This document shows positions 57,364 to 64,000 of a stretch of DNA of 64,000 nt, piece by piece. The stretch is from an uncultured Peptostreptococcaceae bacterium (GTDB lineage Bacteria; Bacillota; Clostridia; Peptostreptococcales; Acidaminobacteraceae), in NCBI GenBank assembly GCA_964404895.1, contig CAYOLV010000003.1, positions 252,561-316,560 of the forward strand. The letters run 5' to 3'. A program made the translations under genes and the position numbers. Numbering within the stretch: the first letter of the stretch is position 1; each line of letters begins with the position of its first letter. Below the pieces are notes generated by a model. That model was not told the DNA's origin, made no database searches, and was given only the letters and a program-made list of their open reading frames with translations.

Positions 57364-57409
57364 TCCTCCTTGAAATTAATGATCCATTTTAGTTGTTGGC
57401 GTCCTTGCC
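57364..57409 (-). promoter_or_regulatory. flagellin 5' UTR with two CsrA-type GGA sites
   Basis: GGC-AAGGAC-GCC (57398-57409) presents AAGGA in a small hairpin loop. A second AAGGAGGA overlaps the SD (57364-71). The arrangement resembles the B. subtilis hag leader. Confidence 0.55.
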
Positions 57410-57463
57410 TTTTGTAGTAGCAACTTTTCACCTCGGCCGCGGTGAAAACTGCCTTCATACATA

Positions 57464-57490
57464 ATATCGGCAGGTATCACTTGAAGTTTA
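57464..57490 (-). promoter_or_regulatory. SigD/sigma-28 promoter of the flagellin gene
   Basis: Minus strand: TAAA (57487-57490), 15-nt spacer, GCCGATAT (57464-57471). Perfect match to the consensus. Confidence 0.85.
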
Positions 57491-57519
57491 ATCTTTTTCT
57501 TAATATTTTTTTTAATCTT

Positions 57520-57954
57520 CTAGATTTTTTTCAACATTTCTCTAGCTGTATAACGCGTATCTGGTAGTACTAGTTGAACAGCCTTCCTGTTCTCAGCATT
57601 AATGATAATTGGACTTCTTAAGTTAAAACTCATAGCGTCCACATGTCCACTAATCTTACAAATGGTGTAAACACCTGCCTGTTCTGGAGACGTAAGACCA
57701 ATGCTGTCTGCAACTTCATTTGGAATTTCAAACTCATAGTCTGGTCTCATAAAGAAAGGAATGGTCACTACAAAGGCCAATGATTGATCTTCAACAGATT
57801 GAAGCCACATAAATGGTACTGGTTCTTCGGTGTCGTAGTTATTGAGTAATACAAACTCTTTTTTTTCTTCGAAACCTGGCAAACCTTCCTCAAAATGAAT
57901 CACTTGACTGTCCTGAATGTCGATTTCTCCAAAATAAGTGGTATTCAAACGCAT
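57520..57954 (-). CDS. fliW: flagellar assembly factor FliW, second paralog (between csrA and flagellin)
   Basis: 144 aa from ATG 57954 (AAGGAGG RBS): MRLNTTYFGEIDIQDSQVIHFEEGLPGFEEKKEFVLL...PFMWLQSVEDQSLAFVVTIPF, matching the FliW pattern. Confidence 0.8.
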   Translation of the reverse strand: MRLNTTYFGEIDIQDSQVIHFEEGLPGFEEKKEFVLLNNYDTEEPVPFMWLQSVEDQSLAFVVTIPFFMRPDYEFEIPNEVADSIGLTSPEQAGVYTICKISGHVDAMSFNLRSPIIINAENRKAVQLVLPDTRYTAREMLKKI

Positions 57955-58008
57955 AATAGTCCTCCTTTTTAATGTTTTTGACTCCAATACTTTTATACCC
58001 TTTTCCAT

Positions 58009-58049
58009 AAAAAAAAACACAAAAGACAAATAATCTTCTGTGTTTTTTT
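58009..58049 (-). terminator. probable rho-independent terminator after csrA
   Basis: 10-bp stem with one mismatch (ACACAGAAGA / TCTTTTGTGT on the minus strand), 7-nt loop, followed by a 9-U tract. Starts 14 nt after the csrA stop. Confidence 0.55.
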
Positions 58050-58063
58050 AGAAACTAACTATT

Positions 58064-58291
58064 TCATTTATCTTTCTTTTTTTCCATTAGTCTTTGTATG
58101 GATTTAACACCACTTGCAGACTCTCTATTCTCAAGTTTTATTTTATCGTACACTTCTTTACGATGAACTTGTACTTCCTTTGGAGCTATGATTCCCAATT
58201 TGACACTGCCGTTAAGGACTTCAAGCACTTTTATCTCTATATTGCCGTCAATCATCAGGGACTCTTCTTTTTTTCTAGAAAGAATCAGCAT
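58064..58291 (-). CDS. csrA: carbon storage regulator CsrA
   Basis: 75 aa: [25 protein letters not shown]...[16 protein letters not shown]. Confidence 0.93.
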   Translation of the reverse strand: MLILSRKKEESLMIDGNIEIKVLEVLNGSVKLGIIAPKEVQVHRKEVYDKIKLENRESASGVKSIQRLMEKKKDK

Positions 58292-58292
58292 T

Positions 58293-58727
58293 TTAGACCT
58301 CCTGACGCTTAAAGAATTTGTATTTGTAAGGAAAATCTTCGTTGAGAATTAACTGAATCGCCTTTTTCTGACGCGTATTAATCAAAATAGGGGCTTTCAG
58401 ATTTATAGTGCTTTCTTCGAGTTCCTCTTTGAGTACCACTAAGGTAAATACTGCAAGATCGTCAGTACTCTCAATGCCTAAATGCGCAATAACTTTGTCT
58501 GGAATTTCAAAGTCATAACTTTCGTGAAAGGCAAAGGGTATGGTCATCACAAAGGACAAACTCTCATCGTCAATGGATTGTAACCACTGAAAAGGCAACT
58601 CAGTTTCGGCAATATTAATCATGATAAAGTTTTTCATATCAGCAAATCCATACAAGCCCTCAGCAAATACAATCACATCCGAAGGTTCATATTCTACCAC
58701 ACCAAGGATTTCTGTCATAATGTTCAT
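58293..58727 (-). CDS. fliW: flagellar assembly factor FliW, first paralog (upstream of csrA)
   Basis: 144 aa from ATG 58727: [37 protein letters not shown]...[22 protein letters not shown]. Its stop abuts the csrA start. Confidence 0.85.
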   Translation of the reverse strand: MNIMTEILGVVEYEPSDVIVFAEGLYGFADMKNFIMINIAETELPFQWLQSIDDESLSFVMTIPFAFHESYDFEIPDKVIAHLGIESTDDLAVFTLVVLKEELEESTINLKAPILINTRQKKAIQLILNEDFPYKYKFFKRQEV

Positions 58728-58757
58728 TCGTTGGCCCCCATTCAAGATATTTTCTTG

Positions 58758-59324
58758 CTATCCTCTCACGTCTAACGTAGAAGGTTCTGTTTTAAATTTT
58801 ATCGAGTTGTACTGTTTTACAGATATGTTAACTTTGCCAGGCTCATAGTTCACTTCAGGTTTAAACAATCTTGGTGTTGAATTAATTCTGCCGGGTTGAT
58901 AATCTGTATTGACTTTACCTCTGTTCAGAGTAATATTGGGTCTAGACATGGGCATGGTCACCATACCAAATTCTCTTTCAAACTGGTCATAGGCATTGAA
59001 AAAAGATTGTTCCGCGACCATGTTTGCCCCATTATGAAAATCGGTCAATGCATTACCTTGTTCAACTGTTTTCCCAATACTGGCATACATCTCCTGAACT
59101 GATCTACTTGCATTTTCCGCAGATAGCTCCGCACAAGTTTTTAAACCACTTTCAGAAAAACACTGACTTTGATCAATTTGAATTTTAGGCAACTCAGTTT
59201 GCATGTTTAAGTTGGCTTTTTCAGTTTCAATATCCAACTTAGGAAGTTCTGTATGCATTGTGATCTTAGAATTAATAGTTCGTATGTCCAATAATGTAGG
59301 TTGAGACGTCATCATAATACGCAT
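58758..59324 (-). CDS. YviE-like protein (DUF6470-type) of flagellar loci
   Basis: 188 aa in the flgL-to-fliW position occupied by yviE in B. subtilis. Short internal repeat TELPKLDIETEKANLNM / TELPKIQIDQSQ. Family name from memory. Confidence 0.5.
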   Translation of the reverse strand: MRIMMTSQPTLLDIRTINSKITMHTELPKLDIETEKANLNMQTELPKIQIDQSQCFSESGLKTCAELSAENASRSVQEMYASIGKTVEQGNALTDFHNGANMVAEQSFFNAYDQFEREFGMVTMPMSRPNITLNRGKVNTDYQPGRINSTPRLFKPEVNYEPGKVNISVKQYNSIKFKTEPSTLDVRG

Positions 59325-59373
59325 ATTTTCACCTGCTCTCTTACAAAAATTCTCTTACACTACTTTACCTCTA

Positions 59374-60996
59374 TTATCTCAAATAATCTACCAAAGATGG
59401 CTGAATAATTCTTCCACCTACGCCAAGAGCTGCTTTATAAACGTTCTCAGCATTTTTCAAGTACATAATGACCTCAGACATGTCTGCATCCTGATTATCG
59501 CTGAGTAGTCTTGTAAATGTCACACTATTTTCAGCTATCTTAGCACTAATCAAATCTAGTCGGGTGCCTCTAGCTCCAACGTCTGCTCTCACGGCGAGTA
59601 AGTTATTCAAGTGTCCATCTATTTCACCAATCATTTGACTACAGGTTGCATTATCTCCTGTGGAAAGGGCAGTGATAAACTGATTCATTTCCACAATCAA
59701 CTCAGACTGCGTTGCTCTAATGGGCTGTATTTGAAGCTGCGGTTTGTCCGTACTTCCTGGCACGTTAATAGTACTAAACATTGGCGTTCCTATAGCAGCT
59801 GTCAAATTCACATTCACCTTTCCAGTTCCAAAGGCTGAGTCTATAACTCCTTGAAGATCCGTGTCAAGGGCTGCCACAGTTGTCGTCGCTGCATTATTGG
59901 GTACTGTAATCGTTTTAGTGACACCGTTATAAGACATGACAAACTGCTTCCCTTTAAAGTCTGCCACATTGGTACTTGGCAAGTCACTGAGTGGCCCTAA
60001 GGAATTAATACTGGCTTGTGTTGCATTGATACCCGCAGTCGCTGTACCAGTGATGCCAGCTGCTGGCACAACTAAGGTTGGAAGAGCAATCGTTCCAGCG
60101 GTTCCAATAGTTCTATTTTTTATAATCAAATGGTTATTTTTGTCATAAAATACATCTGCCACCTCAGAAAGACTCACCGCACCAGCTTTTCCGTTTCGAA
60201 CGGCATCTATCATCTTTTGAGGATCAATTTTGCTGGCGGGTGACCCCATAAGCGGACCAGTTTCTACGACGTAATTTGTACCATTCACATTAATCTGAAA
60301 ATCTGAGGTGGAATAGTTTTGAGTCAGGTCCACATTCAAATCTAAAAAAGACTTTTCAGGAGCTATACCATTGGTGGACTTGGCATCTGGCATGAGTGTG
60401 GCATAAGTACTGCTGTCCAGAACATATCCAAAGATTTCAACCCCATGTGTTCCAACATTCATATACTCTTTTGCAGAAACTTCATAAACGCTAACCGGCT
60501 TATTATCTATATCGTTTTGGGTGATGGGAATGTTGTAAGTCCCGTCACTTTTCAAAAGAGCTTGATCTGTATGGTAAGAAGAAAACAGATAGCGACCTGC
60601 AAAGTTAAAATTTCCGCTTGAAATCAAGTTTTCTTTCAACTGAACAATTTCTTCTTTGATTTTGTTAGTATCACTCGGAGTATTTGTCCCATTAGCCGCT
60701 TGAACAGCTAACTCTCTAACCCTTTGGAGTACGCTTCCCATTTCAGAAATACAAGACTCGCTGGCATCTAACCATGCTTGGGCATCTCTGGTATTATTGC
60801 TAAATTGAGCCATGTCTGCTAAGTCGGTTTTAAATTTCATAATTTTTGCTGTTGCAACTGGATCATCCGATGCATGAATGACCCTTTTCCCTGTAGCCAG
60901 CTCATCTTGTCTTCGGCTCATGACATTTAGGTTTCTATTTAAATTAGAAAGCATATTGGAAATCATCATGCTGTTTGTTACTCTCATTGGTTTCAC
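59374..60996 (-). CDS. flgL: flagellar hook-associated protein 3 FlgL (unusually long)
   Basis: Flagellin-like N-terminus (MRVTNSMMISNMLSNLNRNL...ELATGKRV) and C-terminus, with a ~250-aa Ser/Thr/Asn/Ala-rich central insert; 540 aa. Confidence 0.85.
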   Translation of the reverse strand: MKPMRVTNSMMISNMLSNLNRNLNVMSRRQDELATGKRVIHASDDPVATAKIMKFKTDLADMAQFSNNTRDAQAWLDASESCISEMGSVLQRVRELAVQAANGTNTPSDTNKIKEEIVQLKENLISSGNFNFAGRYLFSSYHTDQALLKSDGTYNIPITQNDIDNKPVSVYEVSAKEYMNVGTHGVEIFGYVLDSSTYATLMPDAKSTNGIAPEKSFLDLNVDLTQNYSTSDFQINVNGTNYVVETGPLMGSPASKIDPQKMIDAVRNGKAGAVSLSEVADVFYDKNNHLIIKNRTIGTAGTIALPTLVVPAAGITGTATAGINATQASINSLGPLSDLPSTNVADFKGKQFVMSYNGVTKTITVPNNAATTTVAALDTDLQGVIDSAFGTGKVNVNLTAAIGTPMFSTINVPGSTDKPQLQIQPIRATQSELIVEMNQFITALSTGDNATCSQMIGEIDGHLNNLLAVRADVGARGTRLDLISAKIAENSVTFTRLLSDNQDADMSEVIMYLKNAENVYKAALGVGGRIIQPSLVDYLR

Positions 60997-61029
60997 CTCA
61001 ATTATTTCACATTAAGATATCAGTTGTTG

Positions 61030-62703
61030 TTAACGACCAACCAGTCCCATTTTATTGACAACAATATCAATCATTTCATCAAACGCCGTCAACATTCTAG
61101 CGTTTGCTGAATAAGCCTGTTGGAATCTAATCATGTCAGACATTTCTTCGTCTAAAGACACACCAGAATAAGAATCCTTTTCTACAACAACCTGCCCAAT
61201 TAAAACGGTCTGATTTTTATATATACGAGTGGCTTCTTGTTTATCAACTGCTAAGTTAGCGACCAAAGACTTCACAAAGTCATCTGGACTCCCCCAGTCA
61301 AACAGTCTCACGTTAGATCGGCTGGCATTGACCTTTAGAGCATTTTTTCCGTTCCCTGGAATTGAATTCGAACTATCTGCTGCTGCTATTTTATTCAAAT
61401 CTTTGTCAATGTCGCTTGAAATGGAAATCGTATCTGCTTTGAGACGATCCGTTAAATAGTACTTCCCTTCAATCAATTTCACTGATTTTTTGTTGTAGTC
61501 CGCATTATTTTTCAATAGTTTATTGATATTATCCCGAATAATCGCGGCGTTTTGAGATTGAATTTCCTCTGTCATAGGATCTGCCGCTGTGATGCCTACC
61601 AAAACTGAAGCAGACACATCTAAAGCAGCTCCACTGTTTAACCCGTGATCTTTCATGTAGGTGTTATAGTCTGCCGTTGACATATCTGAAAAAGTAAAGA
61701 AGTTCACACCTGTTGTTGCTTTTAAACCGTAGCCCGTGCTGTGAATGCCATTGATTTCAGAAGCCAAAGTATCTACAAATTCGTTGAGCTTGTCTACATA
61801 ATATGGAATCCCTTTATTGGAACCGTCGATGTTGTCTCGCATTTCAATAATGCCATTAATCATCCCTTCAGAAGTTCTAAAGTCGGCACCAGATTTCCAT
61901 TTAATATCAAACAAGTCCGCCACATCGTCTTCATTCTTCTTAGTCTGACGAGGTATTGTTTCTAGTTGGTCATTATTAAAATGGTTCACCACTTCATGTC
62001 CATTGATGCTGACGTGGAATCTTTTTTCATCGTCTTCATAGTAGTCAATTTTTACTATTTTAGAGAGTTTGTCTATAATCAAATTTCTTTGATCTCGGAT
62101 ATCGTTGGAGAGACCCCCTGTCAACTCAGAATTATAAATCTGTTTGTTCAGAGCAGAAATTTGATTGGCGTAATTGTTGATATCTACAACCGCGACACTC
62201 ATTTCAAAGTTCGTGTCTCTTTGAAGCTTTTTCATAGCTTGAGTCATGCCCTGAATACCTTCAGCAAGGGCAATACCTCTTTGTCTGACTAAAGCCCGCA
62301 CGGTTAAATTTTCAGGTTCTTTATTGAGTTGTTGAAATGCAGCATAATAATTGTCCATTAATTTTGTAATGCTGGCATCTGTTGGCTCGTTTAATATACC
62401 CTCAATATTGGTTAAGATGTCATCATACACTTGATACTCTCCAAGAGTGGAATTTTCCCCTCTGAATGAGTAATCTAAAAATTCATTTCTTATTTGTTTA
62501 ACAGCTTCTACGTCTACGCCGGTTCCCACCATGCCATAGGAACCTGGCAGTTCTTCTGGGTTAGTGGCATTGAAGTTAACCCGTTGTCTTGTATACCCTT
62601 CGGTATTGGCATTGGCAACGTTATGCGAAATCGTATGAAGTGCTCTCTGCTGGGCAAAGAGACCCATTTTGGAGATGTTTAAACCTGCAAATATAGAAGG
62701 CAT
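61030..62703 (-). CDS. flgK: flagellar hook-associated protein 1 FlgK
   Basis: N-terminal SIFAGLNISKMGLFAQQRALHTISHNVANANTEGYTRQRV and C-terminal EEMSDMIRFQQAYSANARM. Confidence 0.92.
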   Translation of the reverse strand: MPSIFAGLNISKMGLFAQQRALHTISHNVANANTEGYTRQRVNFNATNPEELPGSYGMVGTGVDVEAVKQIRNEFLDYSFRGENSTLGEYQVYDDILTNIEGILNEPTDASITKLMDNYYAAFQQLNKEPENLTVRALVRQRGIALAEGIQGMTQAMKKLQRDTNFEMSVAVVDINNYANQISALNKQIYNSELTGGLSNDIRDQRNLIIDKLSKIVKIDYYEDDEKRFHVSINGHEVVNHFNNDQLETIPRQTKKNEDDVADLFDIKWKSGADFRTSEGMINGIIEMRDNIDGSNKGIPYYVDKLNEFVDTLASEINGIHSTGYGLKATTGVNFFTFSDMSTADYNTYMKDHGLNSGAALDVSASVLVGITAADPMTEEIQSQNAAIIRDNINKLLKNNADYNKKSVKLIEGKYYLTDRLKADTISISSDIDKDLNKIAAADSSNSIPGNGKNALKVNASRSNVRLFDWGSPDDFVKSLVANLAVDKQEATRIYKNQTVLIGQVVVEKDSYSGVSLDEEMSDMIRFQQAYSANARMLTAFDEMIDIVVNKMGLVGR

Positions 62704-62715
62704 TTTTCTTCCCCC

Positions 62716-63210
62716 TTATACTTTGGCATCGAAAATGCTGCTTTTAGATTTAGCCTTAGAATCTGTTGCATTGCCTGTGTATTGGCCATCTGCCTCTAAA
62801 CTGCTCATTAATTCGATGTTCAAGTGGATGAGATCCAGCGATTGCTCCAACAATTTACCATTGAGTTCATTTTTATCTTTCAATACGAAAACCGCTTCCG
62901 ACAACTCATTTTTGACTTGGCCTAATCGGTTCTTTGAACTTTCATCCAAATAAGGCAGTAAATCCGTTAAGGTATTAATATGTTCAGCTTGTAAAGCTCT
63001 GATCATGTCATCTAAAACCTTGCCCCTCATATTTTCTAACTTAATGAGGGAGGCTACTAAAGCTTGCTCTCGTTGAGTCATTTTTTCAAGTTCTTTGAGT
63101 TTTCCATCCACAATGACGCTTTGCTTTTCTTCTGCAATTTGAACAGCTTCCTGATAGACATCGCGTTCTTTGGATAAGATCAGATAAAGATCCTCTACCA
63201 TTTTTTTCAT
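62716..63210 (-). CDS. flgN: FlgN-family flagellar export chaperone
   Basis: 164 aa, helical, located between flgM and flgK. Fits the FlgN-like pattern (LYLILSKERDVYQEAVQIAEEKQSVIV). Confidence 0.65.
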   Translation of the reverse strand: MKKMVEDLYLILSKERDVYQEAVQIAEEKQSVIVDGKLKELEKMTQREQALVASLIKLENMRGKVLDDMIRALQAEHINTLTDLLPYLDESSKNRLGQVKNELSEAVFVLKDKNELNGKLLEQSLDLIHLNIELMSSLEADGQYTGNATDSKAKSKSSIFDAKV

Positions 63211-63292
63211 TTTAAGGTCTCCTTAGCAACTATTGAGGATTAATGAGCTACTTTTCAACAAAAGGGACCCTTTCGAGTCCCTTCCTGCTGTT

Positions 63293-63568
63293 CTATTTGA
63301 CGACCTGCAGCATTTTCTCCATAATTTGATCTGCTGTAGGTTTATATACGCCGTCTTGAATTTGTTGTTTAATTTCAGCCACTTTTGCTTCTCTGACTTC
63401 AGGAAGCTGTTTTACAGCTTTCATAGCTGCCTGCTGAATTCTAGCCTCTTGGCTGATTTCGATTTTATCGGTTTCAAACCCTGAATTTGCCTTTTTCTCC
63501 GTTTGTGTCGTGGTCTTTTGATAAGCTTTAACCACGCTTTGTACACTGACATTATTCAATATCTTCAT
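63293..63568 (-). CDS. flgM: anti-sigma-28 factor FlgM
   Basis: 91 aa with C-terminal VREAKVAEIKQQIQDGVYKPTADQIMEKML, typical of FlgM. Confidence 0.85.
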   Translation of the reverse strand: MKILNNVSVQSVVKAYQKTTTQTEKKANSGFETDKIEISQEARIQQAAMKAVKQLPEVREAKVAEIKQQIQDGVYKPTADQIMEKMLQVVK

Positions 63569-63605
63569 AAAAACACCCCCTGACTTGCTTCTTTGTCTAT
63601 TAACA

Positions 63606-63632
63606 ATATCGGCAATTCGGGGGGTATGTTTA
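63606..63632 (-). promoter_or_regulatory. SigD/sigma-28 promoter upstream of flgM
   Basis: Minus strand: TAAA (63629-63632), 15-nt spacer, GCCGATAT (63606-63613). Perfect consensus, ~38 nt upstream of ATG 63568. Confidence 0.8.
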
Positions 63633-63672
63633 GTCTTAAATTCAATTTTTAATATTTTTTTCTTAAAGAACC

Positions 63673-64000
63673 TTATTTTTTGATGAACATGCCTCGACTA
63701 TCTACCGCTTTAGATTTAGCTGCAGGTGCCGGAGCAGGTCTATCTTGTCCAGTGGCTTTTTTAAAGCCCTGAGCCATTTCATGAGCACATTTGTCACAGT
63801 ATCTGCCAGAAGGAATGCTTTTGTGACAGCGCTCACAATCAAGGCCTACACCATCACCTTTAAGCTGCAGTTTTCCTTGTCTTAAAAATTTTAAAATTTT
63901 CTCTTCAGACACTTCCGTAGCTTCAGCTGTTTCTTGTACCGTTGCACTTGGGTTGTCATAAACGTATTCTCTTACAATTTTGAAAAGCTCGTCATCGTTT
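63673..64000 (-). CDS. YvyF-like flagellar-operon zinc-ribbon protein; 5' end beyond the window
   Basis: The frame stays open from 63912 to the window edge (...NDDELFKIVREYVYDNPSATVQETAEATEVSEEKILKFLRQG...). CERC...CDKC zinc-ribbon present. Same position as yvyF upstream of flgM in B. subtilis. Confidence 0.6.
   Translation of the reverse strand, partial: NDDELFKIVREYVYDNPSATVQETAEATEVSEEKILKFLRQGKLQLKGDGVGLDCERCHKSIPSGRYCDKCAHEMAQGFKKATGQDRPAPAPAAKSKAVDSRGMFIKK

Noticed and set aside
63262-63283. 7-bp hairpin (AAGGGAC / GTCCCTT) between flgM and flgN
   Set aside because: The stem is short and is followed only by TTTGTT on the minus strand. At best it is a weak pause or partial terminator, so it is not annotated.
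1-64000. Looked for CRISPR arrays, IS/transposase or integrase genes, prophage genes, toxin-antitoxin pairs, rRNA and tRNA genes
   Set aside because: I saw no regularly spaced direct repeats, no recombinase-like ORFs, and no tRNA-like T-arm (GGTTCGAATCC-type) sequences in the intergenic regions. The longest non-coding stretches (12556-12872, 30177-30551, 46668-46966) are explained by the features above.

Overview
Densely coding chromosomal segment of a Firmicute. Gene content is clostridial (2x[4Fe-4S] ferredoxin, thiolase, Rex), but two long stretches keep Bacillus subtilis-like gene order. I saw no rRNA, tRNA, CRISPR array, transposase or integrase. Left third (1-23.6 kb): housekeeping and metabolism. 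This covers a partial M29-like aminopeptidase, GNATs, gdhA, a 56-aa ferredoxin absent from the ORF track, marR-thiolase, a two-component pair, rex, an ABC-F ATPase, a stand-alone ACP, the t6A operon tsaE-tsaB-rimI-(ABC ATPase, Yip1 protein)-tsaD, an amidohydrolase, a CPBP protease, corA and tex. Middle (23.6-38.5 kb): the aromatic amino-acid operon aroF-tyrA-aroB-aroA-aroC-pheA, then aroE, prfB (programmed +1 frameshift), secA, a membrane HD-GYP protein with two DUF5317-like proteins, and hpf. Right third (38.6-64 kb): the late flagellar locus yvyF-like/flgM/flgN/flgK/flgL/yviE-like/fliW/csrA/fliW'/flagellin ... flaG/fliD/fliS. It is interrupted between flagellin and flaG by a roughly 14-kb sugar-biosynthesis and glycosyltransferase island. 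Main hunt results follow. (1) An unannotated 53-codon Phe/Tyr-rich leader ORF plus an intrinsic terminator lies upstream of the aro operon, a candidate ribosome-mediated attenuator. (2) A cluster of consensus DnaA boxes sits at the 3' side of tsaD, facing the ABC-F gene. (3) The flagellar island encodes a Wbp-like 2,3-diacetamido/acetamidino-uronic-acid pathway and two TPR glycosyltransferases. It has no nonulosonate or Maf genes, and part of it sits behind a SigD/sigma-28-type promoter. (4) fliW is duplicated on both sides of csrA, and CsrA-type GGA sites lie in the flagellin leader. All family assignments come from reading the translations by eye; no searches were run.
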